Shown piece by piece: positions 40,009 through 52,564 of a DNA stretch of 64,000 bases. The DNA lies in NCBI GenBank assembly GCA_951406725.2, contig OX597818.1, forward strand, positions 69,440,001 through 69,504,000, given 5' to 3'. Every line of letters begins with the position of its first letter. Within the stretch, counting starts at the first letter, position 1. The notes beneath the pieces are model-generated. The model searched no databases. It worked only from the letters and a program-made list of their open reading frames with translations, and was not told the DNA's origin. Source of the DNA: Octopus vulgaris. Taxonomy: Eukaryota. A program made the position numbers and the translations under genes.

Positions 40009-40955
40009 TAATGAGGGAGCTGAGTCAGTGGATTGATAAATACAAATCGGACATCAATCTGAGCATCATAATTACCCTCCTCTTCTGCCTATTCCTCTTC
40101 CTCCTTCTCCCCCTCATCATCATCATCATCACCATCGTCATCATTTAGTTCCCATCTTCTAGGTTAGCATGGATTGGTATGTTTTTTTTTTAACAGGATC
40201 CACTGAGCTAGAGATCTGTGTCAAGCATCAATGTCTGCCTTGGCCTGATTTTTTAGGGTTCGATGCCCTTCCTCGCACAAACTTCATAGAGTGCTACCAT
40301 TTTGATTAATTTAATTTAAAATGTTTCAACCTTTATTTTCTTTTTACTTTTGATCTCATCAACAATTTCATGCATTCTCACTCTTGTGATGTCTCCAATT
40401 GGACATGGTTCAAAGAAGTCTAACTACTATTTCTAGCAAGCCCAGAGACCACATGGAGGCCTTTTCAACTTTACAATGAGTTAACCGTTTCTCATTTAGC
40501 CCCAGAATGCAGGTAGCCTAATGTACAAATTGCCATTTACCTTTATCTATTTCAAGCATAATTTCTTATTAACCTGTACCGGTTCTGTATCTCCCTTCTT
40601 TGATATTCAAACTGCAAGTCTTGTTGTCCTACAAAACTAACGTTTTTAAATATTCAGGAAGGGAGGAAATTGTTGAAAACAGCAACTGGAGTATAAAATG
40701 GAACTGTGAATTGAGGTTTTCCAAAGACTTAAAACCCCTTTTTAGTTCCACAAATGGCAACGTAACATAACAGAATCTACAAATTACCTATTACTTTTAA
40801 CTATTCTAAGTATAACTCCTGGTGTCGATATATCTGTGTCAAAATGTCAAATGTATATATATATGTGTGTGTATATCGATAAACAGATACACACACACAC
40901 ACATATATATATATATATGCATGTGTACATATGTATGTCTGTATATGTTTATATA

Positions 40956-41001
<46 letters not shown>

Positions 41002-41072
41002 CATGTATATATATGTATATATATATACACACATATATATATATTTATATATATATGTATATATATATATAT

Positions 41073-41120
<48 letters not shown>

Positions 41121-41656
41121 TTATATATATTTATATATACATATAAAACTATATATAAAGAATAAAGATATGTATAAATAAAATAATCAGCAAAGCAGAA
41201 AAATACAAAAAAATATATAAACCAATAGAAAAGAGCTAAAAGGGTGTAGGGATTTATAGAAGCTACATATTTCAGAAATAACATTTCTCCTCAAGACAAT
41301 GTTTACAGCTGTTGTTACCGAATGCTGTAAACTTGAAAGAGGTTTTATATGAATGGTTAGCTGGCTCTAAAAGGTTCCCTTACAAAAGATGAAACATATA
41401 ATATTGTAATCATTTCTCTCTTTCATTTGTTTCACTTTCACTTTCCATGTTGTTTTGTTGCTGTTTTTGTTGGTCGTTTCCCCCCCTCCCACCATCTTGT
41501 TGCTGCTGTTGTCCTTGTTTTACAGTTAATGTTGTCATAGCAGTTTTGCTTTTTCCTTATTCTAGTTGCCTTTATTACAATTATTATTATTATGGCTGTC
41601 GATGCTGTTGGTGGCAGGGTGTTCAGCCTTTGCTGCTGCTATTGCAGTGGCTTTTA

Positions 41657-41661
41657 TGATG

Positions 41662-41693
<32 letters not shown>

Positions 41694-41715
41694 AATAATG
41701 ATAATGATAATGATG

Positions 41716-41755
<40 letters not shown>

Positions 41756-41895
41756 TAATAGTAATAATAATAATAACAATAATTGTAAAAGTAATAATAG
41801 TAACAATTATTATTATTATTACTATTATTATTATTATTATTATTATTAGTAGTAGTAGTAGTAGTAGTAGTAGTATAATTCTTCTTCTTCTTCTT

Positions 41896-41928
<33 letters not shown>

Positions 41929-42075
41929 ATTATTATTATCATCATTAGTATTATCGTCATCAATAGTATTGTTATTATTATAATAATAATAATAATAATT
42001 CTTCTTCTCATTATTATTATTATTATTATTGTTGTTATTATTATTATGATTATGATTATCATTATTGTTATTGTT
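41657..42075. repeat. Compound trinucleotide microsatellite (AAC/AAT/ATT/AGT/CTT)
   Basis: Directly visible; source of the poly-I/N ORFs. Confidence 0.95.
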
Positions 42076-42222
42076 AATGCTGTTCTTGTGCATGCAGGTT
42101 TTGTTATTGTCCTTGTCATAGCAGCCAGCATTATTTTGTTGTTTCGTTTGCTTTCATTTTTGCAATTGCTACTCTACTTTTTGTTGTTATTCTAGTTTTT
42201 GTTGCACTTCATGTTTTTGCTA

Positions 42223-42254
<32 letters not shown>

Positions 42255-42428
42255 GTTGCCGTTGCTTTTATTACTTTTATTAGTATTAATATTACTGTTG
42301 CTGTTGTTTTTTTTCTCTTTTCCATTTCATTTGACTTGTGTATAAACTCCCACAGTTTTTGTAACCTGTCCTTAGAAATGTCCCCTCATTCACTACCTTT
42401 GTAGCAACTATAAAGAAAAAAAACTCTT

Positions 42429-42460
<32 letters not shown>

Positions 42461-42772
42461 CATCATCATCATTGCCATCATTAATATCAGTAGTGTTGTT
42501 GCTGTTGTTGCTATTTTTGCGGAAGTTACTTCAGTGTTCAAATCTATTAGGGACAAAGCTGGAACATTTAAAGCGATGCCATTTAATTGCCTATTACATA
42601 TCACTTTGAGGTGAATGACATATATATATATACACATAAATATGTACATGTATATATATATATACATATACATATATATATATATTTATATATATACATA
42701 TGCATATATATATAAATATGTACATGTATATATATATATATATGTGTCTGTATATATGCATATATAAATATA

Positions 42773-42830
<58 letters not shown>

Positions 42831-43607
42831 CATTTGCATATATATATATATATATATACATAAATATGTACATGTATATATATGTGCCTGTATGTGTTGA
42901 TATATATATATGTATACACACACACACACATGAGAATTCATTGTTGTTGTTGTTGTTATTGCTGTCACTAATGCTGCATATCATATGTAATGTTGCCATA
43001 ATGTGATAGAAGCGGCATCGGTAACCATTACTGCTAGCTAGACTCTTTCTCTATTCCAGAAGCAATCATTTTCCAATCTTTTCGATATTTTTGGCTTTAT
43101 GAATCAGTCAGAATGAAACTTCCTATTCAATGAGGCAAATCTTAGCTTTATGATGATTGGAGACACACACACACACACATACACATGCAAACATATATAC
43201 AAATATTGTTATGGTTGTACACAGATACACACACACATGCAAATGTGTGTGTGTGTGTGTGTGTATGCATATAAATTCATAAACAAGAGGATGGAACGAA
43301 CAGGCTTTAATTACAAATCCCAACAATTGTTTCTGCGCATTAATAACAGCCATTCGTTGCTAAGTTTTCTGTATTATATATATCATTATATAAATATGAT
43401 CCAGCAATAGCTGTGTACTCGCATGTCATCAGGCGAGGGGCTTTATTCTATAACCATTTGCTATTTTCAGCATTCTCCTGATAAACAGTAATACGTACAT
43501 TCAAACAGATACCAGTCATTAAAAATACCAAATAAATTAATGGAAATCAAAATCAGAAATATAAATTATAAAAAAAATAGACCAAAACTAAATTGATGGA
43601 ATGTATG

Positions 43608-43671
<64 letters not shown>

Positions 43672-43674
<3 letters not shown>

Positions 43675-44046
43675 TTAGAGGAAGATAATTATGGCCTGTT
43701 CATTTGATTACCCAGGGTTTCATGTCCATATAGTGTATAGCTTTACATCCATCTCATCAGGCCCTAATGACTCGTGGCCTATAACCTCTCTTCAGAATGA
43801 CCTTCCTTTGCCTGTGTGTCTTGTGGCTACTTTTTGAACACACAAATAAAGGATGGTCGTTTTAAAGAGAGGTTAAAGGCCACCAGCCATTAGGGTCTGA
43901 CGAGACCCTAATGTAAACCTAAGCGTCTTATGGATGCAAAACCCTGGGTCACCCTTTGAACTGGCCTTTACTTTCTTTCTCTAAATACTCTACTGTTTTA
44001 TAACTCAGAGTTTGTTTCTCATCAGGGTTTATGATTTGCTGACGAT
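43672..44046. mobile_element. Palindromic HHR-bearing element, family C (copy 1), with right-arm tail
   Basis: 43672-43820 and 43836-43987 are inverted copies; HHR motif in each arm; 60-bp tail 43988-44046 shared with 58933-58995. Confidence 0.75.
43874..43970 (+). ncRNA. Type I hammerhead motif (right arm; G12->A)
   Basis: AGGGU-CUGACGA-...-aAAA-CCCUGGG-UC-ACCCU with extended helix I UAAAGGCCA/UGGCCUUUA; the left arm (minus, 43704-43765) keeps CUGAUGA...GAAA-CCCUGGG-UA. Confidence 0.7.
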
Positions 44047-44053
44047 ATATATG

Positions 44054-44372
44054 CCCCACTGCGTGGCACCTTGGGTGAGTACCTCCTACAAAGCCTTGTG
44101 AGTGGATTTGGTAGACGGAAACTGAAAGAATATGTATAAATATAAATATATTTATGTGTGTGTGTATGTTTGTATGTCTGTTTTTGTCCCCGCAACATCA
44201 CTTAACAACTGATGCTGGTGTGTTTATGTCCCTGTAACCTAGCGGTTCGGCAAAAGATACCGATAGAATAAGTACTAGGCTTACAAAAGAATAAATCTTG
44301 GATTTGATTTGCTCAGCTAAAGGTGGTGCTCCAGCATCGCCACAGTCAAATGACTGAAACAAGTAAAAGAAC
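44054..44372 (+). mobile_element. 5'-truncated family-1 SINE
   Basis: CCCACTGCGTGGCACCTTGGG...CAGTCAAATGACTGAAACAAGTAAAAGA. Confidence 0.85.
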
Positions 44373-44397
44373 ATATATATATTATTATTATTATTAA

Positions 44398-44441
<44 letters not shown>

Positions 44442-44442
<1 letters not shown>

Positions 44443-44700
44443 GTGATGAAAACTCACAGTTTATTTTGCTGGTTATGATGGAAAGTGTCAGCTGTCCACA
44501 GCCAGCAGACTAAGGTAACAATTGTTTTATGGTCAAGCTTCAAGGAACCTGCCAAGAATTCTTGCAGTTCCAAGCAAGGCAGATTTTTGTAGGTGTTCTA
44601 CCTTCACACTTTCACTGAACTTTCTACAGCCATGTTCGTAGTGCTGATACTTCCAAATGCACCAATTACTATTGGTATCACATCTGCTCTAGCAAAAGTG
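44442..44700 (-). mobile_element. R4/Dong-clade (RLE) non-LTR retrotransposon 3' end next to (TAA)n
   Basis: Minus-strand VIPIVIGAFG...VEHLQKSALLGTARILGRFLEA* (stop 44533-44535), short 3'UTR, then the (AAT)n tract 44381-44441. Confidence 0.75.
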
Positions 44701-45496
44701 ACAGAGTAACTCAAGGGTCAAGCACTTATTACCATCATTTAACATGCCCATGTTTCGTGTTGACATGGGTTGGAGCAGCATATATATCATACACACATAT
44801 AGATAGATATATCTATGCATATACTTACATATTTACAAGCATATTTACACACACATGTGTGTATAGATCATCAAGCACTTCGCTCCCTATGGAGCATGGC
44901 CATTGATGTCAATTCTCCTCTGTCTTTGTCTCTGGGCTTTGTTTTCCTTTCCTAAGTTTCATTAGTTATTCAATGGTCATCGGTGCTTCCGCATTTATGC
45001 TTTTTTTTCTTTTTACTTGGTTGGCCTTCATTAAAGCAATTTTCCTTTCTGGAAGAAGTGGTCCCTTTTAGGCTGGTCTCTATCACGGGCTGGGTGGTCT
45101 GACAGGATGCAATGAGTTGGACGATTCTGTCATATTCCAATATCTGCTTTGACATGATTTCTAAGGCTGGATGCCTTTCCCAAGGCCAAACACTTTACAG
45201 AATATCCTGCGTGCTTTTTGCATGACAACAGCACTTGTGAGATCCCCAAGTAACTCAGAAGACAATGAAAAAGCACCCTCAACACCCGTCCACCTGAACC
45301 AGGGGGATTGTAACAGGGTGAAGGTGGCTTTATGCCATTTAATGGGGATAAGCATAGGTGTCTAGTCACAGAAGAGATATGGGGCTACTTCTCCTGAAAT
45401 AAAGGTGAATGGGAGTGACTGGAAAGAAGAGAATGAGAGCAGGGATATTGTCAAGGGGAAGAAGGGGAATACAAGAAAAGATTTGAATTCAAAGTT

Positions 45497-45898
45497 GGAC
45501 AGGTTTGGCTGCCTGTAAGAAGCTTGCTTCCCAACCACATGGCTCGGTGCTCAGTCCCACAGCATGGCACCTTGTGTGAGTCTCTTCTACTATAGTCTCA
45601 GACTGACCAAAGCCTTGCAGGTGGATTTGGTAGACAGGAACGGAAAAAACCCACTGTACATGTGTGGTGTGTGTGTGATTGTACTTGCACTTGTCCCCAC
45701 CACTGCTAGTCAACTATTGTTGATGTGTTTGTGTCCCCATAAGTTAACAGTTTTTACAAACGAGACTGTTAGAATAAGAACCAGGCTTTAAAAAAAAACG
45801 AAAGAAAAGAAGTGCAGGGGTCGATTTGCTCAACTAAATTTCTTCAAGGTGGTGCCCCAGCATGGCCACAATCTCATGACAGAAACAAATAAAAGATA
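45497..45898 (+). mobile_element. Family-1 SINE (diverged)
   Basis: GCTTGCTTCCCAACCACATGG..TCAGTCCCAC...GGTGCCCCAGCATGGCCACA. Confidence 0.8.
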
Positions 45899-46491
45899 AC
45901 AAACACCAACTTTTATAAAAACAAGTTAAATAAATAAAGAATAAAAATTGATGAATTTAAAAATAGTTTATTATCCTAGTTTTATTGTGAGTGCCATGTT
46001 GTCTGGTTGAAACCTCAGACCATAAATGGCTTCACTGAGTTTCTGCTTTAGATAACAGACTCACTTGCAAGAAATTTCTCAATAGGCTCTGACCAAATGA
46101 CCCATAAATGGAAATTTTATTTTATTATAAATTTCTTGCCATTATAAAAATTTCTATTCCTGCTTTAGGATTAGTTTTTCCTTTTTGAAATATCTTTTTA
46201 GGTTTTGTTGTTGGCTTTTAGCATTCCATGACCAATTTCCTTGGCTTGATAGATTCCAGAAAGACAGACACTGGCTTTGCTTGCACTTGGGAACTAATTC
46301 CATTGTTTTCTGAATAGATTTGTAATTCATTCAGGTACCAAATAGATTTGGAATAAACAGAGAATGTATTCTGTGTGGATACAAGCTTCTCATATTTCCT
46401 CCTCAATTCCTTCCCCACCCCCATTTCTCTCTCTCTCTCTCTCTTCTTTCTCTGTCTCTCTGTCTCTATCTTTATCTCTTTCTCTTTCTCC

Positions 46492-46542
<51 letters not shown>

Positions 46543-47105
46543 CATCTCTATCTATTTCTACCCCCACCCTGCCTTATTTCCTTGCTTGGCACTATAGATC
46601 TCATGGTGATTATTGATTTAAATAATGTCTCGAAAGTATTAATCTCATAAGCCCTTTGGCTCTAACATCTTAGGGAAGCAATTTTCAGTTCGACCATTGT
46701 GAACCCAGAATATTATCAAAACACAGATGCGCATAGGTTTGTGTATGTGTGTTTGTACATGTGCTTATGTGTGTGTGTGTGTGTAAGACAGACAGATAGA
46801 GGTGAAGAGAGAGGTAGAGAGAAAGAGGCAGAGATAATCACATGCATTTCTTCATATACAAAGAAAAATCCTGTTCTCTGTGAATATTATATTTGTGATG
46901 GAGCAAATATTAACAATGGCAAACTGAAACAAATTAAGGTTAATGTTGAAATAGCTTCCAGAAAAGATACTTATGACTTAATTCAGGAGAAAAAAATCAG
47001 AAAGAAAAATGCGAAAAGAAAATTATTTCTCTGCTGTTTTCTAACAATTCTCATTTAACTCATTATAATATACAATGAATCCTTTTTTCTGAAATTATCT
47101 ATGGC

Positions 47106-47143
<38 letters not shown>

Positions 47144-47509
47144 GGGTGATGATATATATGAATATGTGTATATATAGATATAGCAGTCACTATGTGTCTT
47201 GTGGATGTATAGACACACACATCCAACCATCCAACCATCCAACACACACACACACACCCAACACACACACACATGCATATATACACTCTCGGAGTGGTTT
47301 GCTTTAGGATGTGCATCCAACCATAGAAAACCATGCCAAATCAGACTGGAGTCTGGTGCAGTCTTCCAGCTTGCCAGCCCTGGTCAAACCATCCAACCCA
47401 TGCCAGCATGGACAACAGACGTTAAATGATGATGATGATGATGACGATGATGATATATATATATATATATATATTGCGTGTATGTGTGTGTGTGTGCTTT
47501 GTATATATG

Positions 47510-47872
47510 TATATAAAGGGAGCTAGAGTGAAAACAACCTTTTCCAGCATGCTTGAAGTGCCAATAACTTCAAAAGATTACCAAAAGCTCAAGCTAAATA
47601 TACATGTGGCTTAAAGTGGTCAAGTGAGAGAAAATTAAAATGACCTCACATTAACTCGTAAATTGGTTCCAGTTTCTGGATTAAAGCAAAAAATAAGCTT
47701 CCTTCCTTCGTCAACACAATACACAGAGGGAGGGGGAAATATAAGTTCAAATAACTGTGCATACCATCCAGCCATGTGTATGTTCAGCTGGAGTTTTTGG
47801 TAGTTTCTTGAAGGTATCGGCACTTGAAGCATGTTGGAGACAAACCCTTTTCACCCTAGCTCCCTTGATATA
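47510..47872. mobile_element. Palindromic element with ~100-bp arms (possible degenerate HHR, family D)
   Basis: 47510-47611 and 47770-47872 are inverted copies; right arm reads GUUUC-uUGAAGg..GAAg-CAUG-UUG-GAGAC. Confidence 0.6.
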
Positions 47873-48255
47873 ATTATATACAAATGTGCATTATTATTAA
47901 TTTAATGTATTAATTGCCCATAAATTTTTATAACACGCTGACTACTTGATAAAAATCATTTGCGTGACTTTTATCCTTACATTCTTTTATGAATTAATAA
48001 ATATACTTATAAATATTTATCGTTGCTATTATGCAAAAGTGTCATAAGTACAGAAAATGAAAAAATAGTTCCACCATTCCATAGCAAAACCATTGTACTA
48101 CACTTTGACAATTTTTGATATCTTTGTATCTGAAGGAGTTGGAGATACGATAGTTTGACCAAAAGAACCAGCTGTTGCAAGCATAAATAAATATTGAAAA
48201 AAGCACATTTGGCCAAATTTGGACATATGACAGTTTGATATATATATCAAATCAA

Positions 48256-48303
<48 letters not shown>

Positions 48304-48307
<4 letters not shown>

Positions 48308-48470
48308 GGTGCATAAGGTAATTGAGGACATAACTTTTTTGGGGTCATTGCTGCATTTTTTTGCTAACTCTGTATAATCTTTGTTTCAGAAAATAATAAT
48401 GGCAGACCCTCAGCTTACTCAAGAAATGAAGAGTCATGCTGTTACTGTTGTTGAAGCTGAAGGTGGCTTT
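48304..48470 (+). mobile_element. Tc1/mariner-like left end
   Basis: TA|CAGGGTGCATAAGGTAATTGAGGACA terminus followed by a short MADPQLTQEMKSHAV start. Confidence 0.5.
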
Positions 48471-48589
48471 ATTGAATAACATTATAGAAAAGAAGGTTTA
48501 TTTTCATCCTCATTGCATTTTTTTATCAATAAAGTTATTATCTGTCATTATGGTGATGGTGGTGATGATGATGATGATGGTGGTGATGA

Positions 48590-48621
<32 letters not shown>

Positions 48622-48689
48622 ATGGTGGTGGTGGTGGTGATGATGATGAGGAGGAGGAGGAGGATAACTTCACACATATCCCCATGACA

Positions 48690-49320
48690 TTGGTGAAATC
48701 AATGTCATATATTGTTTCCAACTTTATATTTTGATGTGTTACATCTACTCTACTTGGTATTTCTTTTTCTTCCTTTTTGCAAGCATTTCTTAATCCCTAT
48801 TTAATCCACAGCCTCTCTGTATGTTTGTATTTTCTACTGCTTGGGCTTATTAGATAATATTTTGTCATCCAACAATTTCATTATTTTTAGAAATGCTTCG
48901 TATATTTTATCAATTTCTTCTTCTTCTTGATATTCTATTTCCTAATTTTCTGTTAGTAATTCATTTTTGAATGCATTCGTGGATTCTTCTGTTCTTATTG
49001 TTTTATAATTAAAGTTATTGGCTTCCATAACCTTGCTGTAATTACAGTTTTAAGCCACAATAACTGGCAGATGGTCACTGATTTCATTTAATTATAGCCC
49101 ACTCACTCTATTGTCTTCCATACTATTTGTGGATATATTATTTATTAGATTAGCACAATGTGATGTAATTCAACCAACTCGAGAGATTCTGGATAGAAAC
49201 TATTCTATGAATTGCTTAACTCTTCCATCATTTTCTATTTATTTGGATTTACCAGTTCCATGACGTCTTGAATTGTTTTTGCAAAAATTTCTTCCTTCGA
49301 TATTTCAGTATTATTTCCAG
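48690..49320 (-). mobile_element. CR1/L2-like LINE ORF2 fragment (end of APE domain)
   Basis: Minus-strand NEISDHLP motif followed by AFKNELL..EN, KIYEAFL, WIK.GLRNACK-like segments. Confidence 0.7.
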
Positions 49321-49332
49321 AGGTTCTCTTTA

Positions 49333-49500
49333 AATGGCTCAGTGGTTAGCATGTTAGATTCATAATCATAAGGTTGAAGTTTGGATTCCTAGACCAGGCA
49401 GTACACCATGTCCTTGAGCAAGATACTTCATTTCCTGTTACTCCAGAGTTCACTCCGTAACAATGACTGGTGACAAGTGGCGTGTGGCATCTGTCATGGA
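49333..49500 (+). mobile_element. tRNA-derived SINE head, family 3
   Basis: TGGCTCAGTGGTTAGC A box, degenerate B box, GTCCTTGAGCAAGATACTT core. Confidence 0.6.
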
Positions 49501-49960
49501 TTTACATTGCATCAAGGAACAGTTTCCGATTTTCAGTCTCTTAAATTCCAAAGTGAAATAAATTCTGAGCTAATGGGCCTGCACACACAACAAACGCTTT
49601 ATCTTCATTATGGTAACCTGTTCATGGTAGAATATTCTATGCTTCGTTTGTTATATGTCACAGAAACTGAAATTAGTCCGGGCTTAAGGAGCCTCTACAT
49701 GCATAACATATGTAAGGTGAAAACACCATCTATACACACACACACACACACACACATAAATATATATATATATATCATCATCAGCATTATCATCATCATC
49801 ATCACCATTGTCATTACCATCATCTTTTAGTGCCCCTTTTTCATGATGCCATGGGTTGGACAGTTTTACAGGAGCTAGTAAGTCAGAGGGAAGCACCAGG
49901 CTCCAGTCATCTGTATATGTGCGTATATATGCATTTATATATGTATTTATATATGTATGC

Positions 49961-50001
<41 letters not shown>

Positions 50002-50040
50002 TAAAAAATGGAGTTAACGCAGGTTTAAACAAGTATTTTT

Positions 50041-50127
50041 ACTTTCTACATATGTTTCAAAAATTCCACTGATACTTATTCAAAAGAATAAAAGGTATAA
50101 ACAATGCAATCTTCTCTTCGGGAAAGT
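50041..50127 (-). ncRNA. Type I hammerhead ribozyme (CCGAAGA core variant), 3'UTR copy
   Basis: Exact mirror of 52291-52377. Confidence 0.8.
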
Positions 50128-50327
50128 GAAAAAACGAAACTTGTCAATACGACATTTTAGCAAAAAATGATGGATTCGTATAGCGATAGACAGAACGCTA
50201 TTAATATCGTTTAAAAAAACGTTATATGATATAACGTCATAAGTAGCTAACAGAAAGAGTAGGGATATTAATAGTGAATGTTAAATATAAAGGAAATTAA
50301 AGTCTAAACTATATATAATGATAGAGA

Positions 50328-51870
50328 CTACTTATATGCACTAAAAGTATGTTTCTGCCAATGCTTACATCTGTATGCTCGTTCTATAACCGTGTTTACT
50401 AGAGTATTTTTAGAAAAAATAATGAAAAATAGCTCAGAATTGCAGAGAAGACAGAATTTCTTGCCTTTGTCATATGGTATCGAAATTGAGAGGATCAACC
50501 ATTCTAAATGAAATTGTTCATTGTGGTCTTTTAAATCCCAAATCAGTTTGCTGAGACCGGTACTATTCCGTTTATTTCTATCTCTAAATGTTGAGTAATG
50601 GATAGAAATTCTCTTAGATAACTCTAACGATGTGCTTCCAATGTAAAATCGTACTTTATTACGAGTACTGATTATACACTGGTATATAGAATTTTTAATC
50701 TTAGAGTTACTTGACATAAATTTAATTCTATTGGGATTGACTTCAGATACAATAACCTTGTTATTAATATTTCTAGAGGGTTGGATGGTAGTAGCTAAAT
50801 TAATGTTAGTATCAGTAAATGTATTAATATTTAACAGTTTGTTATTATGAGAAGATATAATTTGCAAGAGATTTTTTGTGTTTGAAAAACCTATCCTAAC
50901 CTTATGTGAATTAATTATAGAGTAATATCTAGAATTATTTGGAAAATTCCTAGCAATAGCTTGACGAAACAGCAGTGGGAGATTAGATTTAATTTGTCTC
51001 CCGTCTGGAATTATTAACCAAATATTTTTACTAGTATTCATAGCGTAATTACTATTGAAGGTGTTATATTTACTTTTAGATCGGTAATAGGGGAATAAAT
51101 AAGGGTTATCTGCCTTCATTCGCTTTGTATCGGTGCGTAAGTTATGTTTGTTATCAATAATTCTTTTACAACTAGAAATCTTATCTACATTATTGAATTT
51201 ACAATTAGACTGAGCAGAATCAATGTAGAAAATTTTTTTCTGTATAACCTGCTTTGATTAAGGCAGAGTTATAGAATTCAGCATTATTATTGAAAATATC
51301 AATATTAGCAGATAATTTAGATAATCTAAATGAAATATTCTTAACTAAATTCTTAGTAATTGCTCCAGGATGATTACTAAATTTGCTAATGTACTTAAGA
51401 TTGGTCAACGGTTTATGATATGGGAAGTAAGAGTCACTGGGTAAATTAAGCGTAATATCTAAAAAGTTGGCCTTCGTCAGATCGTCATCAAAAACGATTT
51501 TTAAGCCCATTCTACTGAAAAAATTAACTAAACTGTTCTTAACTTTTTGTATCTTTTGATTGGAAACATTTTGGAGGTAAAGTAAACAATCATCACGATA
51601 TAGACCTCCATAAATGTTAGGGAACTCTTCAGCCATTTCAAAAAGAATATATATACAGACCAAATCAGCTATCTGTGCTGAATCAGAACTTCCCATAGGT
51701 ATATCGAAACTATCTGGTGTGTCTTTACGGACCCACAACTTATCATCAAATTTAATAATAGATCTTCTGGCTGCCAACACAACATTAATTTCTTCTCGGG
51801 TGAGACCAGCTTTGTTATGAGCAAGCCAAAGTGCCTTATTAAGTACTATTGGGTTAATAGATGAATAAAA
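50328..51870 (-). pseudogene. Penelope-like RT-thumb-GIY-YIG ORF, 5'-truncated, one frameshift
   Basis: FYSSI, FDIPMGSSDSAQIADLV, GLYRDDCL, FLDITL, SNHP; SIYQC..FYIGST..KRISIH, CLLC.SE, LVN, CKH. Deleting one base from the T7 run 51233-51239 fuses ORFs 51220-51897 and 50328-51119. Confidence 0.92.
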
Positions 51871-52290
51871 ACTGATTTGGGATTTAAAAGACCACAATGA
51901 ACAATTTCATTTAGAATGGTTGATCCTCTCAATTTCGATACCATATGACAAAGGCAAAAAATTCTGTCTTCTCTGCAATTCTGAGCTATTTTTCATTATT
52001 TTTTCTAAAAATACTCTAGTAAACACGGTTATAGAACGAGCATACAGATGTAAGCATTGGCAGAAACATACTTTTAGTGCATATAAGTAGTCTCTATCAT
52101 TATATATAGTTTAGACTTTAATTTCCTTTATATTTAACATTCACTATTAATATCCCTACTCTTTCTGTTAGCTACTTATGACGTTATATCATATAACGTT
52201 TTTTTAAACAATATTAATAGCGTTCTGTCTATCGCTATACGAATCCATCATTTTTTGCTAAAATGTCGTATTGACAAGTTTCGTTTTTTC

Positions 52291-52377
52291 ACTTTCCCGA
52301 AGAGAAGATTGCATTGTTTATACCTTTTATTCTTTTGAATAAGTATCAGTGGAATTTTTGAAACATATGTAGAAAGT
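52291..52377 (+). ncRNA. Type I hammerhead ribozyme (CCGAAGA core variant), inverted-arm copy
   Basis: ACUUUC-CCGAAGA-[GAAGAUU.CAUUG..AUAC..UUAUUC/GAAUAA.GUAU.CAGUG.AAUUUUU]-GAAA-CAUAUG-UA-GAAAGU; palindromic ACAUAUGU helix III. Confidence 0.8.
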
Positions 52378-52564
52378 AAAAATACTTGTTTAAACCTGCG
52401 TTAACTCCATTTTTTATTCATATTATTCAAATATTCAACGTAAACACGAAGTTTCAACCTTTATAAACAAGGAGTTACAACATCTTTACTTGTGAGATTT
52501 TTGCTGCCCTGGTAACTATTCATTCATTTATCCGTGTTAATTGTTAACAAGGTAAAATACACTC

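Noticed and set aside
44014-44025. Minus-strand CTGATGAGAAAC as a helix-II-less HHR
   Set aside because: No helix I or III pairing, and it is not conserved in the copy at ~58955.
51220-51222. UGA as selenocysteine (reported for some Naiads), with a SECIS in the 3'UTR
   Set aside because: The UGA lies in the shifted frame and is followed by UAA five codons later; the AUGA hairpin near 52178-52200 lacks SECIS geometry.
51871-51897. N-terminus MWSFKSQIS of the RT ORF
   Set aside because: It is read from the antisense of the inverted arm and is not a real start.
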